DNA of 64,000 bases from NCBI GenBank assembly GCA_904063045.1, contig CAJFCJ010000002.1, positions 1,572,422-1,636,421 on the forward strand. The letters are read 5' to 3'. Position numbers and translations under genes: made by a program. The notes below the pieces were generated by a model. That model worked only from the letters and a program-made list of their open reading frames with translations. It was not told where the DNA came from and made no database searches. The number at the start of each line of letters is the position of its first letter. Positions within the stretch are counted from its first letter, which is position 1. This DNA is from Dimorphilus gyrociliatus (lineage: Eukaryota > Animalia > Annelida). Shown here piece by piece: positions 1 to 12,189 of this stretch.

Positions 1-2439
1 AGAGACGTGGGAGGAGAGGTAAGTAACAATCCTTCTCTCTGAAGAAAATTTAGATGAAAGGAAAACAATTGCCAACTTATTCGAATATAAAAAGAAAATT
101 CCATACATATAAGCTTTTATTCGGACAAATGAGCATTTCTTATGAGATAATATCTAAAATAAACTGACTTGTTGTCTCTCTTTTTGTTCATACTCAATCA
201 TATCTCTATATTAATATTTAAATAGGAGGATTGACATCATCACTATTATTTAAATATACCGTCTTCTATCAATAAACAATGTACAAATTAACTTTAAGTT
301 TATACGTTTTATTACAAGTAATCTATTTCCGGTTTGTACAAAATAAACATGAAATTTGGATTGATGGTAATTCTATAACTTTCAACGGTAGCGAAACGAT
401 TGAATTTGGCAGCGGTAGAGAGTTTTTTATAAGTCAATTTATCGATTACTTAATTAAAATTCTAAACCATCTTACAAAGATTTAAAGGAGAACGAACGGT
501 GGATGAAAGCCAAACTCATTCGATTAGCTAATCAAGTTAAGAGAGATACCCTGCATTACGTAAGGAAACGGAGTAACGTTAATGGAACAGGCACTAAATC
601 AAAGCCCGAAAGAGGAAATCACGTGAATGCCAGGAAAGGTGTTAAGAATGAATTTACTAAAACAGCAAATGGAGTCACGTATTTCCGGTATATGAAAAAA
701 AGAAATAAATTAGTTTATTAAAGTAAATAGTGTTAATTAATTTAATGTATATAAATTATGTAACAATAGACTTCCAAAGAGTGTAAATATAGACCATCTG
801 GATGCTAAAAATTTTCAATGGAATCAACAATTAAATTCTTATGTAATAGGTAGTTCTCACTTTGATACTTCTTTACCATCAGCTCTTTATTGGATTCCAG
901 AAGAGGCTTTTCTTGAGTAAATAACCTTAAAAATTTGATAACGACCTCTTTTCCGATCTAGGCCTATTTATTTTTTTTCCTCTTAAACAGACATCCTATC
1001 CAGCGAAGAGAGAGTAAGAAGAATTTAGAAAAAATATACATTATTTTCTTAATAATTACTTCTAGCTTCGTTATTATTGTAAGATTCATTGTTTACTTGT
1101 AAATTTATTCGATATAAGCGTTACGCAACAGGTGATACTTCTCAAGTTTGTCTGTAAGAAATTAAACGAAAAGCGCAATTACTCATCTTGTTTGTAAGTG
1201 ATTAATAATCTAGACTTTTTAAAAGATAAGAATTATATTACTAACTTAGGAAAGAACATAGAATTGAACTTGGCGAGGATGAAGAAGAACAAAGAACGAA
1301 TGAGTTTATAATATCAAATAAATCGGAAAAAGTACCGTTAGTTAAAGAAGATTCTCTATTCTCTGATTGATTGTGTCTTTCGTTACTTAACTTTTCAATT
1401 ATTTGTTTATTTTCACTTTAAATCTATTCGAATTACTGATATAAGACTTCTGTAAAAAGTTTACTTTATCATTTATTGTTATCTCAATAGACATATACCG
1501 ATGAAACGTTTCGTATGGTTTCGTCTGTTCTCCGATAAACAGAATCGAACAAAGTTTTATAATACAATTGTATATAATAATACGGAAGAAAAAGGTGACT
1601 GGATTTTGAGATATAATAAACAGATTGGATTATTATTTTATAAATAATTAGTCGGTAGATAGTCGATTTAGATACTGAGAGAGAAAAACTTTGTAAAGGT
1701 CGAGATAAAAGGATGAAAGTGATGGAATAAAAAAAAACTGTTTTCAATATAAAAGCGACATCTAGTGTTGAAAGTGAGAGAAAACATTTAAAAAGTTGTG
1801 GGAGGGATTTTATTTTTCACTCCTACATCCGTAACATTTAGAATGACGTCAATGGGATATTTAAAACAGCAAAAGAAAAGAATCTATATTTTTAAAAACA
1901 TAGTTATGAATCGTACAATGAAAGTAAATAGGGCTGAGAGCGACGTTAAACAGTCAATTGGACGTTTAGAGAATACGTACAAATTGAAACCCGATAGCAA
2001 ATTAAAAGAGTCTTTATTGCGTAACATAGCTAAAAAGATACTTGATGGTAATTTAACCGGTAAAAAGAGTAGATAAATTAATCCAGAATTCGTTTTCCGA
2101 TAGATTTATAAAGAAAAAAAAACATTAAATAGACTGTTTTCTTATTCTAATCTAAACATTCTGTATATATTTTTTTCTCCGATAGGCTTAAAATATGAAG
2201 CTGAAATAATGAGAATTAAGGTCAAAGAATTGACCGATAAAATAAATGACCTAATAAAGACATTACATATCAAAAGATATAAATTTACAATTATTCTTCA
2301 TATAGTAGAAAGAAGAGGTGGCATTACGATTGGTTCACGTTGTTTATCCGACGTCGAATCTGATTTACAAACTAGTTATGCGTTTAACGCTCCTACTTTT
2401 TCAGCCATATGTTGTATATACGCGTTCTATTGCGAATAA
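1..2439 (+). CDS. Unidentified multi-exon protein-coding gene, 5'-partial
   Basis: Chain of phase-compatible GT-AG exons found by hand: 392-414, 480-687, 770-917, 991-1013, (1066-1194 uncertain), 1250-1302, 1491-1594, 1672-1698, 1756-1831, 1904-2059, 2186-2439. A GTAAGT donor at 19 suggests it continues beyond the window start. No recognisable domain. Junctions around 850-1250 and the last exon are ambiguous. Confidence 0.5.
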
Positions 2440-2691
2440 AATTTCAGTCTTTATTGTTTTTTATGCTTTTTACTTTTTATCTCTTTTTTATTTCAATACG
2501 TAATAAAAAAGAAAAGTGAAGAAAGCCATGAAATGTTAAAAAAAAATACTGTACTTTATTTTTTTTCTGTTTGTTTTATTATTTAAAAACATCCATTTGA
2601 CAAACATAAATTAACACTTTTGTAATGTACAAACTGTAGCTTGTAAGAAGGAAAGAAAAATTTCCAAGTTTAAATCTACCTAAGGAAAGTT

Positions 2692-2717
<26 letters not shown>
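2692..2717. repeat. (AG)n microsatellite
   Basis: Direct reading of the sequence. Confidence 0.95.
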
Positions 2718-2725
<8 letters not shown>

Positions 2726-3800
2726 AGAGAAAGAAAGAAAAAGTAATGGGTTAGGAAATAATTTGTTTGGAAAAGGAAGATATAAACGTATGAGATAAAT
2801 AAGCTATGTTCTATCATGCATTGCGCATCGCTGGAAAAAACTTTGGATAAACCTTTTTTGCCTTGTTTATTATAGGCACGTAACCTTGAAAATCGCTTAC
2901 TAAACACATTTTTCTTAAACTTTCTATATGATGTATACAGGTGCAAGCGGGCAACTGTTGGCACGTCGACGTTTGGGCATTTGAAAAGAATGTGTTTTCC
3001 ATTTCAGAATTTTCTTAGGAATTTATAAATACAGAAATATACGTATATTATTGTATACATATTACATTCCTTATCTTCTTTATTACTTATATATATATAT
3101 ATATTACCTAGCGCTCTCCTTAAGCATAAATTTAATAGAATTTATTTATAAATAATTGGTGTAAGGTGTCTAAAAAAAGGTTATGTAGGCCAAAAAAGAT
3201 AAGCAGATGGCCCCCCCCTCCTATACGTCAAAATGATTACGTAAAATGAGTTATACAATCGAATATACAAACTCGGTAAAACTATGATAAATCACTATTT
3301 AAAATAACGAAAAAAGCCAGCTTGCGCAGTTAAAAGCTGTTTAGATAAATTGGAAATGGAATAAGAAGTTCTTGGGTTTCAACGGATGGACGCAAGATAA
3401 AAGGAAAGGAAGATTGTAGCCAACAGGTGTGTCTGACAGTATAATTACCACGGAATTTTTTGACGAATATTTCTCCTGAAACAGCCTCAGAATCAACTGG
3501 TTCTTGGCCATCGATTCTTTCTATGTAAACTCTTAGGAAAAACTAGGTTTTGGGATATAAAGTTGTCTTATTGGGTTATCAATCCTCACCGACATACCAG
3601 ATACATATAGAACACGATCGGTTCCGTGTCATCGACAAAGCAAACATTTATTTTCCGCTAGAGGACAGCATCGGGGCTCAGCATCTGGTTCGCACGTTTG
3701 GTCCGACCGTTGCTATAGACAACAGACCACGCCCCCTTCCTGGCAAACTGGCAAACTCATGGTTAGTCTGTGCAGACACTCAGTGAAAGATGAGTGAGGG

Positions 3801-4002
3801 ATGAGGTGCAGCGAATACGTTCCAGGAGCCTCGGCGCTCAAGAAAACTTCGAAAAGTCCATCTAAGAGTCCATCTAAGCATCAGCCACCCCTAGTTACTC
3901 CGGATGAACATATTCAACGTGTAAAACTACATCTTCGCCGATTTCTTACATCCAGACGGACGCTATCGCTACGCGATGACGACGAGCCAGCAGTGAAGAA
4001 AG
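3801..4002 (+). CDS. Candidate alternative first coding exon A of MRTF (contains an RPEL1-like segment)
   Basis: ATG at 3801 is open to a phase-1 donor AAG|GTAGGT at 4002/4003, matching the phase-1 acceptor of shared exon 7511. Encodes HLRRFLTSRRTL, which resembles the LxxxLxxRR pattern of RPEL1. Confidence 0.55.
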
Positions 4003-4130
4003 GTAGGTCTAAAGCGACGCCTAAACTTATATAGCTAAATCTAGGTGACGCTTCGAGCGTCACTTACTTACCAAAAAACTTAACGGTAGGGCCAGATAGG
4101 CGTTCTTTGCACATTGTGTTTCGTATTATA

Positions 4131-4162
4131 GAGTGAGTGAGTGAATGAGTGAGTGAGTGAGT
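4131..4162. repeat. (GAGT)n tetranucleotide microsatellite
   Basis: gagtgagtgagtgaatgagtgagtgagtgagt. Confidence 0.9.
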
Positions 4163-4677
4163 TAGGGGCACAGAATGCCTGTGTCTGTATATGTGTGAGT
4201 GAGTGTGTTAGTGTGTATGTATATATGTGCATGAGAGTGAATGTAGGACCGAGTGTATGCGAAAATGAAAGCATGGCAATGGCAAACAAAAAGAAAAGTT
4301 TGTAATCACTAAAGAATTAGTTAGTAGACGAGACTTTCTTTAGCTCTTATTTTTTTATCATCTTTCTGTCGATAATTATTTACTCATTATTTATTCGTTG
4401 AGATAAGAGTGTCTTACTCACGGAATAGGGAATCTGTAACTAATTAATAAATAACCGTGAACGTGTCAGCTACTGTCAACATTCTCTTACCTATCCCTCG
4501 GGCGACAAATGACAGTACACCCCATACGCGTTATGTGTACATTAATGTATACATATAGATATAAAACGTTTATTGTTTTTCCAATTCCTCGTTATCCGAT
4601 AGCTGTTATCGTTTTACGAAACGTCTAGAACGCTTCATGACCTTTGATATATATTACATGCTGACCTTTTTCCATCG

Positions 4678-4759
4678 ATGCTGAAAACAGGAAAGTTTGA
4701 CGAAGAGAAAGAAATCGAGCATTCTTTCGACGAAACCACAGAATTTAACAACCGTTCAG
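4678..4759 (+). CDS. Candidate alternative first coding exon B of MRTF (no RPEL1)
   Basis: ATG at 4678, open for 27 codons + 1 nt (MLKTGKFDEEKEIEHSFDETTEFNNRS), strong donor CAG|GTATGG; phase 1 fits exon 7511. Confidence 0.45.
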
Positions 4760-5409
4760 GTATGGCTTTAATTTTCTTACCATTCTGATAAAAAGGCAAT
4801 ATCTAAATATATACCTTACTTCCACTTTACCCTTTCCCTTCGATAGTTACGCACATATCTTTAATAGAAAACATACATAAAAGTTTACTTTGAGTCACGT
4901 GACTTGTTTTATTGAGCATAATTCGTTGCCGTATCTAATTATAAGCGATAAAGCGTTCGACCGAATTAACGAATTAACACCCCCACTAAGCTCGCCACGT
5001 TTGTTTGCTGTAAGATTTCGCCTACATGCCTCTGCAAAAAAAAAACGAGCAAGAAGGTAAAGAGGTAGACAGAGAGAGTGAAAGAGTAAGTATATGTGCG
5101 GGAGCGGGGGGGGGAGGGGGAGAAATGCCCGATTGCTGACTCACAGCCCGACGATAAACAACTGCAAAAAGCGGAGCGCTTGCAGTCGCTGTAGTCTTTT
5201 TCCCGCCTGTTTACGTAATAAACCGGGTGCTCCTCGTTTCTCATCCCGGCTGTTTGTCGTTGTTTGTCTTATACACTCTGCAGGTCGTGCTCGTTTTTCA
5301 CTCTCCGCGAAGAATTTTTATTTGGTCTGGAAGATAAAAAAAAGAGATTGAAAAGGGTGTGGAAAGTAGGGAAAGGGGTAAAGGGTCGTCTGCATGCTAC
5401 GAAATATAA

Positions 5410-7645
5410 ATGATGGCAGGGCAAAAAGTAAGTTTTAAGTGGTACATTGCGTAATGAAGGCGAGTGTTCTGTGTTCCTGGCATCGGTTTCCAAATTGCAA
5501 AAGCCGCCGCCAAACCTTTTTATCCTTCCGTTTTACTAAACGAGCACTCGTAAGCACTTTAGAAGATGAAAGGCTACGTATTCGGGACGTATATTCTAAA
5601 TAATGAATACAGAGTGCGCGTTCTCTAAAAACCACCCAGAGTAATGGATTTGCCAAAAGCCGTGCGCGTCTTATGTGAAAGAAAAAAAAGCGAGTAAAAG
5701 TTTAGCAGCGCTCTGGAAAAAAGTTGTTTTAACCAATTCATGACGTCACTATAAAAAAAAACGTTCCTATGGTTACTGGTTGTGGCCTACGAAAAACAGG
5801 TGGCGTTCGACTTTTGTCCCGGGGTGCCTGGGATTCTAAAACTTTTCTACATTCCTGAAATAATTCAAAGACCGCTTGGCAGTTTTCCCTTTTCATTACG
5901 ATACTTCATTACCAGAAATATGTGAAAAAACATTTATAAGAATGGGGAGTAACCTTTTTCACATTTTACAGAACTTGTAGTGCACATTGAGGCCGCATGA
6001 GAGTTATAAAACAAAGACGCGAGTATTTATCGTTATCTTGTCACGCCCTGCCATTGCGCCTAAAGACACGCGCCTACGAACATTCCTTATCTAAACACGA
6101 CCGCTAAATCTATACACGCTTTATCAACTGGCACGCTTTTCTAGGATTCTTTCTTACCGCTTATGTCGACCTTTATCTGATCTGTTTTGCCTCTCGTTCG
6201 ACTTTGGCAGGGACTGATTGACAATCCTTGTCACCCATAAGGCTATGTTCTGCACGGGGTTCCTATCGAAGACAGGGGAGGTCACGTGGCACAACATCCG
6301 ATACGACATATGAAGAGATAGAGTCTATTATCTCTAATGAATAAAATAGCCGGCGGATGGCAGTATATTGGAATAGCCCCGTCCCGTCGAACCCTCTTCA
6401 AAGGGGACCTCACCGCCAGCCAGATAAAAATGTCAACAAGCGGCCCCTTTGATGATACTAATTGGCCGCATTCCTCTAAACCTCTTATCCTCTTCATCCG
6501 TTTATAAAAGGAAAGAAGAAAGAGCTTTTAACATATTGTTTTCTGCTTTTCTAACTCCGAGAAAACTCGATTTGACATGCCCGTGCAACGTCGTTAAAGA
6601 TTAGAGATAACACGCTTATCTTAATTACATTCCACGAAAGCCCCAAACGCGTTTTTATCTCCTTTCACCCTTTTCATTTTATTATTATTTTCTTTATTGA
6701 CCTTATTAATTTATAGTATATTTCATTTTTAACAATGGTAGATTTTGAAAGAACGGAGGAGAACCAAACAAATACTTCTTCATCATCTCCTTATCCGTTT
6801 ACGACTATTAACGGTGGTAGTGCCGGAAGTGATTTTAGTCCCAAGTCGAGCCCATTTAGTCCACTGTCTTCTCCAACGCCCGTCGCTGATTTCACGGACG
6901 ACGACGACTGTCTATTACCCGCAACTCCTCCGGAGTTAAAGGAAGGTCTAGACTCAGATACTATTACGTTCATCCATAGGTATGTAGGCCTTTTACGAAA
7001 ATGTGGTTAAATAATTTGTCTTAAAAACGTAAATTGGACATGTATCTAAAACAGAATCTACTGCAGAGAGTGTAGAATGGAAGAGCAAAAACGTTGCGGA
7101 GAGGACGAAGCGTCACCATCGTCACCTTGCGTTCAAGTCGAGCACATGTCGAATGATTTAGAAAAGAATCGAGACGTACTGGAAAGGCGATTAAACCAGA
7201 GACGATCTATCAGTGAATCAATTGGCCAAGGTATGTATCTTTAGAGATTTCTTGGAAAAAAAATTATACTAGATCTAGTTTAAGGAATTGATTGAACAAT
7301 ACGAAAAAATAGAGATATTTGTTTATGTTCCCCATGGTGGGCAGGCGATATTCACCTGCAATACAGCAAACTAAGCATTACGTCAGCAGTCATTCACCCT
7401 GCTGATTTATTATAAGGCTAACGTTTCATTCGTTCTGTTTACCCTTCTCCGAGGCTATCCGTACTACATAACTATTTTCTAAAAAGCAACTGAATATTTT
7501 CTTTTAACAGCTTTATCGACTCCACCTCATTACGCCACCCAACAAAAACAACTGCAACTTTCCAAGGTAAGATTTTTTAAGAATATAATATAAAAAAAGA
7601 AAGGAAAGTAGATAACGCGAGAGAGACGGAAAAGAGAAAAGAGTG

Positions 7646-7686
<41 letters not shown>

Positions 7687-10275
7687 AAAGATACATGTAA
7701 AGAGTGAAGATAAATAGTTAGAAAAAAAATGGTACCCATAAACAAAGTAATCTAGCGATAAAAAATGTCCTAGTATGCTAACTGAAATCTTTTTTCTATT
7801 TAGTTTAAGGCGCCTTACTTTTTTTATTAAAAAAAAAACATTACTAGCAGAGGCAAATGCGGGGAAAGATAAACAAAAAGTATATAAATTTTTAGGCGGA
7901 AACGAAATAGGAAATCTTATTAAGATATTCGATATCTCGGGCACGCGGCTCCACTCTTTGCTCCGCTGATTGTTTTTCGACTAAACACCTCTTCTAATGC
8001 CATTCGCTTGGAGAATAGCGAATGGTGTTTATTTTGAATACTAGCGCTTGATTCGTGACATATGGAAAGCTTTTAATTACTAAGAAAGTCTTTTTTCTTC
8101 ATACAATTTCATTCATCAGCTTATCTGAAAAAAAGTAAGCCTAGATAGCGATTCTTTTATTCGTTTACAAAAGTCAAGGTTTTGGCTTTTCGGCAACTAA
8201 GTATGGAAATCATTCGTATAATAGATGAAAGCGGCTTGTGTATGTAATTAGTGTGTACAGCGCATCCTAATCGACTTCACCTGATGGAACATCAACATAA
8301 CTAACCCCGTTTTACGATCGTCTTTAACTCGTTTAATCTTACTGAAAGTCTTTAATACCTAACAGACGAGCGATCTTCTAAAGCAGAAAATCGAGCAGAG
8401 GCCGGACAGGAAGTCGCTAGTTGACCAGAACATTCTTGATGACTGCAATATAGATCCATCGTTGTACGATAGACAGAGGCAATTAAAGAAAGCCAGACTA
8501 CAAGACGATTTATCAGAGCATTTAAAAAATAGACCTGGTCCGTTAGACTTAGTGAGGGACAACATTCTACCAGCAGATCAAGATTTACAAGAGGCTTTAC
8601 TGAATGATGATAGTCAATCGGCGGATGATGAGCAGTGGTTAACAGATGATTTAGAAGTGGATGATCTAAATATTACATCATTGATTGATAGACTACAAGA
8701 AGGTTTTCTTGATGGAGCGAACACTTCATCGAACACGTTCAACTTAGTTAATTGCTCTCAAGCGACTTCGCCAGCTTCCAGTACTTGCAGTACAGCTAGT
8801 AGCACGGCTGGAGCAAACATTTGCAGCTTTCGAAGATCACGAGATAAGATACGACAGCAAAAGTTTACACAGCGAAACAAAATTATAAAATTCCATGAGT
8901 ATAAGGGGCCGCCAAATCGTAAGAAGAGTCCGATAAGGCAATCTCAACCATCTCCACCAGTCGTTGTAGACGACGAGCCGCCTCCAGACACAAACTATGG
9001 AGCTATTCTTAAACAGCAGCAAATGTACTTAGATTGGGAGCAAAATTCTACTCAAATAAAACCTCCAACTCCTGTAACGCCTCCCCCAAATCCGAAACCA
9101 GTGAAAACGAGCCCGAAGACGCCGATCAAAGCTTTAGATGACCTTCGGGTCAATGATCTGAAGAGTGAGTGTCGTAAGCGTAGCCTACCGGTATCGGGTC
9201 CCAAACCACATCTGTTGGAAAGATTAAAGCAATTTGCTGAAGAAATTGTCACAAATTATAATGCTGCTTTAAAGTCGACCCCTGAGACCCCTACAAAGGA
9301 GGAGGCGGATGTTACCTCTCCACCGCAGTTGTCGCCGCCTAATTCTGTAGACGTAAACGATAACCCGAACAAAGATGAATTGCTTCGTCAACAACAACAG
9401 GAGATTGAACAATTAAAAAAGGCGCTGGCAATGTCTGAAGCAAAACTGCAACAGAAAGAAGGCCAAGGGAAACCTACTCCCCAGCCTATTCGTCCAGCTC
9501 CGCCGCCCAAATCATCATCGGCGCCTCTAATCGCCCAAATTCGCGTTTTACCGACCAACAATGGCTCAAATTCCGCTCACCCACCTTCTCAGAACATTAA
9601 AATGGTTATCGCTCATGCTCTACAGCAGGCACTAGGTCAAGGAATGAGTTTGGGTACTGGATCGAAGGTTGTCCATCTGAGAACAACCCCCAGCGGCCAA
9701 TATCAAGTGATCGTATCAAATCATACAATTGATAGCGCAAAAAGGTGAGAAAAGTCAGAATTTATTAGAAATTCGTACCAAAAAAAACACAACAAAACTG
9801 TATCTAATCCCTATTTCTTATCAGTTCGACGAAATCGGAAACGCCGACTACCAAAATGCCTCCCAATTACGAACAAGTTGTCAGGGGCCGAAGCGAAGAG
9901 GTTATGCAATTCGTTAACCCGATTATGGACCAATTAAGCAATAAACAAGTCGAAGTTCAAATTGATGATGGAACCACGACCGAAAAGCAGTTCAAGGATG
10001 TTCTAGATGTATTGCTATCGGACGAGGCGGAACGTATTAACGGCGCACTGGAATGGAATGATGATTTGATGCAGCTGCCAGTGCCGACTGATACAACATT
10101 GGCATCAAATCTAGCCCCTACACCACCCAGTGTTTCATGCTCGTCCAATGAGCTCGACGACTGGCTGGAAAGTATTGTCGGGACTCCTTCCGAACCGTCT
10201 TCCGTTTTACCGTCATCCATCGATTTCCTCTTCAACGACCTTCAACCCACGCTTGACCCGTTATTGGACACTTGA
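5410..10275 (+). CDS. MRTF: Myocardin-related transcription factor (MRTF/MKL/myocardin family)
   Basis: Exons 5410-5427 (MMAGQK, tentative), 6717-6979, 7055-7230, 7511-7566, 8366-9744, 9825-10275, all phase-compatible. Contains RPEL1 (LERRLNQRRSISES), RPEL2 (LKQKIEQRPDRKSLVDQNIL), RPEL3 (LSEHLKNRPGPLDLVRDNIL), basic region (KIIKFHEYKGPP), Q-rich segment (YGAILKQQQMYL), SAP domain (LDDLRVNDLKSECRKRSLPVSGPKPHLLERLK), a coiled coil and a PPNY motif. If the 5410 exon is wrong, the start is 6735. Confidence 0.9.
5763..5776 (-). promoter_or_regulatory. X-box-like (RFX) motif in MRTF first intron
   Basis: Minus strand reads GTAACCATAGGAAC, which matches GTHNYYATRRNAAC. Chance matches are possible in 64 kb. 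Confidence 0.3.
7648..7682. repeat. (AG)n microsatellite in MRTF intron
   Basis: Direct reading. Confidence 0.95.
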
Positions 10276-10616
10276 TTGGACCACTCTCCTATTTTCATTC
10301 CGGCGCGATGGGAACGACCAGTTATAGACATTCCCCTGCACCATTCCAGCGCCGCCCTCTTCTTCTCCTTTTCTTCTAAGAAGTATGAAAAAGCAAGCGT
10401 GCAGTGCCTTTTCTTCCTTGCAGCACACAGTAAATAGTTGCCGTTATAGTTCCAGGTAGTTAGACCTCGTATTTATTATAATTTAATTTATTCGTAGCGT
10501 CTAATTATTTCAATACGCCCCTTTAGAATTAGGTTGCGTATACATTATATGCAGAATGTTTCTTTTTTTTTTCTTGCTCTACATAAAAACCACATACAAG
10601 CATAAATTCATTCAAG

Positions 10617-10618
<2 letters not shown>

Positions 10619-10655
<37 letters not shown>
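10619..10655. repeat. (TA)n microsatellite downstream of MRTF stop
   Basis: Direct reading; slightly interrupted. Confidence 0.9.
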
Positions 10656-10658
<3 letters not shown>

Positions 10659-11394
10659 CACTATAAATATAAACATACACGCATATGAAAATATAAATGC
10701 ACTTAACATTTTTATGCACTGTACCTAAAAAGAAATAATAAAAAAAAAGAACTACCCGTTTACTATGCATGAATTCGTTTGGTTACTAAGAATAAGGTGC
10801 TAAAGAATATATATTTTTTTTTATAAAAAAAAAAATAAGTATTAATTTTGGAGCGTAAAAATCTATTTATACAATGTATATAATAATTTATATGTGTATA
10901 TTTTAATCTATGCATATTTATATACATATTTATTTATTTATTTCAGTGTGTTGAGAAAAATTTGCACGTTAAGTTTCCATTCAATTAAAAATTAATGCCA
11001 TACTCTTATGTATTAAAAAGTTTTCCCGAATACATTTCGACTTTTGCATTTAATCTTTCATCAAGAATATTTTGTATGAGATAGAACTATCAGAATATAC
11101 CGCTTGCCTAAGCTTTATAAATTCCAAATGTCAAGTCAGATTATAGCAGATTATTTATTTTTCTTCTCCACGCCAGCTACTTTTCCAGTTCATGTTATTA
11201 CTAAATTATACGATAGATGGCGCTTGTGTACAGTTTACTAACCGACCATGAGTTTACAAGGAGGATTTAGGGCATTGTTGTAAATATTAATATTTTATAC
11301 AGAAGATTAGGCTTAGTGTATTTAAAAAATTTTGATTAAAAATTAATAACTTTTGTTTTTAATATAAAAGTAGAAAGTAAAAAAGTTTTGGGCC

Positions 11395-12049
11395 TTATTC
11401 AATGATAGTGTTCCATAAGAGATCTGACATATACTCCTCCTTGTGTTCTTTCATGTTAATATCGAAAGGCCTTATTTTCCCATTGCTTATAGCAAGACCC
11501 CGATATTCACCGTTCTTGGCATATTCTAGGCGCGTTTTCGTTAAAAGTTCATACATTCTCTTTAAAATGACGGTAAACTCTTGAGTTCTTTTCAATTTGA
11601 CTTCATTTGCTTGTATTTTTCCTTTTCTGATATTTATTTCATCGTTTTTCGCAATTAAATCTCGATTTAATGCTTCGATCTAAAAGTAAACGAAAATATA
11701 TGATCAAACTGAATTGTTTTTAGAAAGACCGCTATATAAATATTTTGTTGTAATTAGTGCTTTGTACCTGCTTCTCATGCGAATTTTTAAATTGCGTTAA
11801 ACTTTCGCCACTTCTCTCTAGCGAAGTGGTTTCGGTATCAATGCTATCTTCAACGTCATTCATCAACTCGCTAACGTTCTGCTTAACCTCACTAGCAGCA
11901 TTTTTCAAACTGTCCAATTCCTCCATCTTTTTACGAATTCCATACATTAATTCAAAAAGTTTTTCAGCAGTTGCAGAATTTATTGTCGTTCGAGCGTGAC
12001 ATGCTTCAAACTCACATAAATCTTCGAATAATTTCTCGATATTTGACAT
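11395..12049 (-). CDS. SPC24: Kinetochore Ndc80-complex subunit Spc24
   Basis: Two exons, 12049-11768 and 11679-11395 (phase 0, 88-nt GT-AG intron), 188 aa. N-terminal coiled coil; C-terminal MYELLTKTRLEY...RGLAISNGKIRPFDIN...YMSDLLWNTI aligns with the Spc24 C-terminal pattern as recalled (LYHQVSKIEWDY...KGI...PIHLD...FISDYLW). Confidence 0.8.
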
Positions 12050-12062
12050 TTTTTGGCAGTGT

Positions 12063-12189
12063 TTTGAAAGAATAACAACAGAGAAATCAAACCGCCATTT
12101 TTTTCAAATATTCCAAGGTGGTTTATTTCCGGTTAAAACGGTTGTGAACCGGTTTTTTCAAAGGAAATTAACCGGTTGATTATTTCAAA
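12063..12189 (-). promoter_or_regulatory. SPC24 proximal promoter with CHR-like TTTGAA and AACCGGTT/AACGG clusters
   Basis: TTTGAA/TTCAAA at 12063, 12103, 12157 and 12184; AACCGGTT at 12147 and 12170; CCGGTT at 12129; AACGGTT at 12137. Confidence 0.4.

Noticed and set aside
3550-3786. 78-aa ORF upstream of MRTF exon A
   Set aside because: Starts at TTG, no motif or splice-compatible end; more likely 5' UTR.
8225-8239. 15-nt ATG exon (MKAAC) with GTATGT donor, in phase with MRTF exon 8366
   Set aside because: Too short to distinguish from chance and no supporting promoter features; left unresolved.
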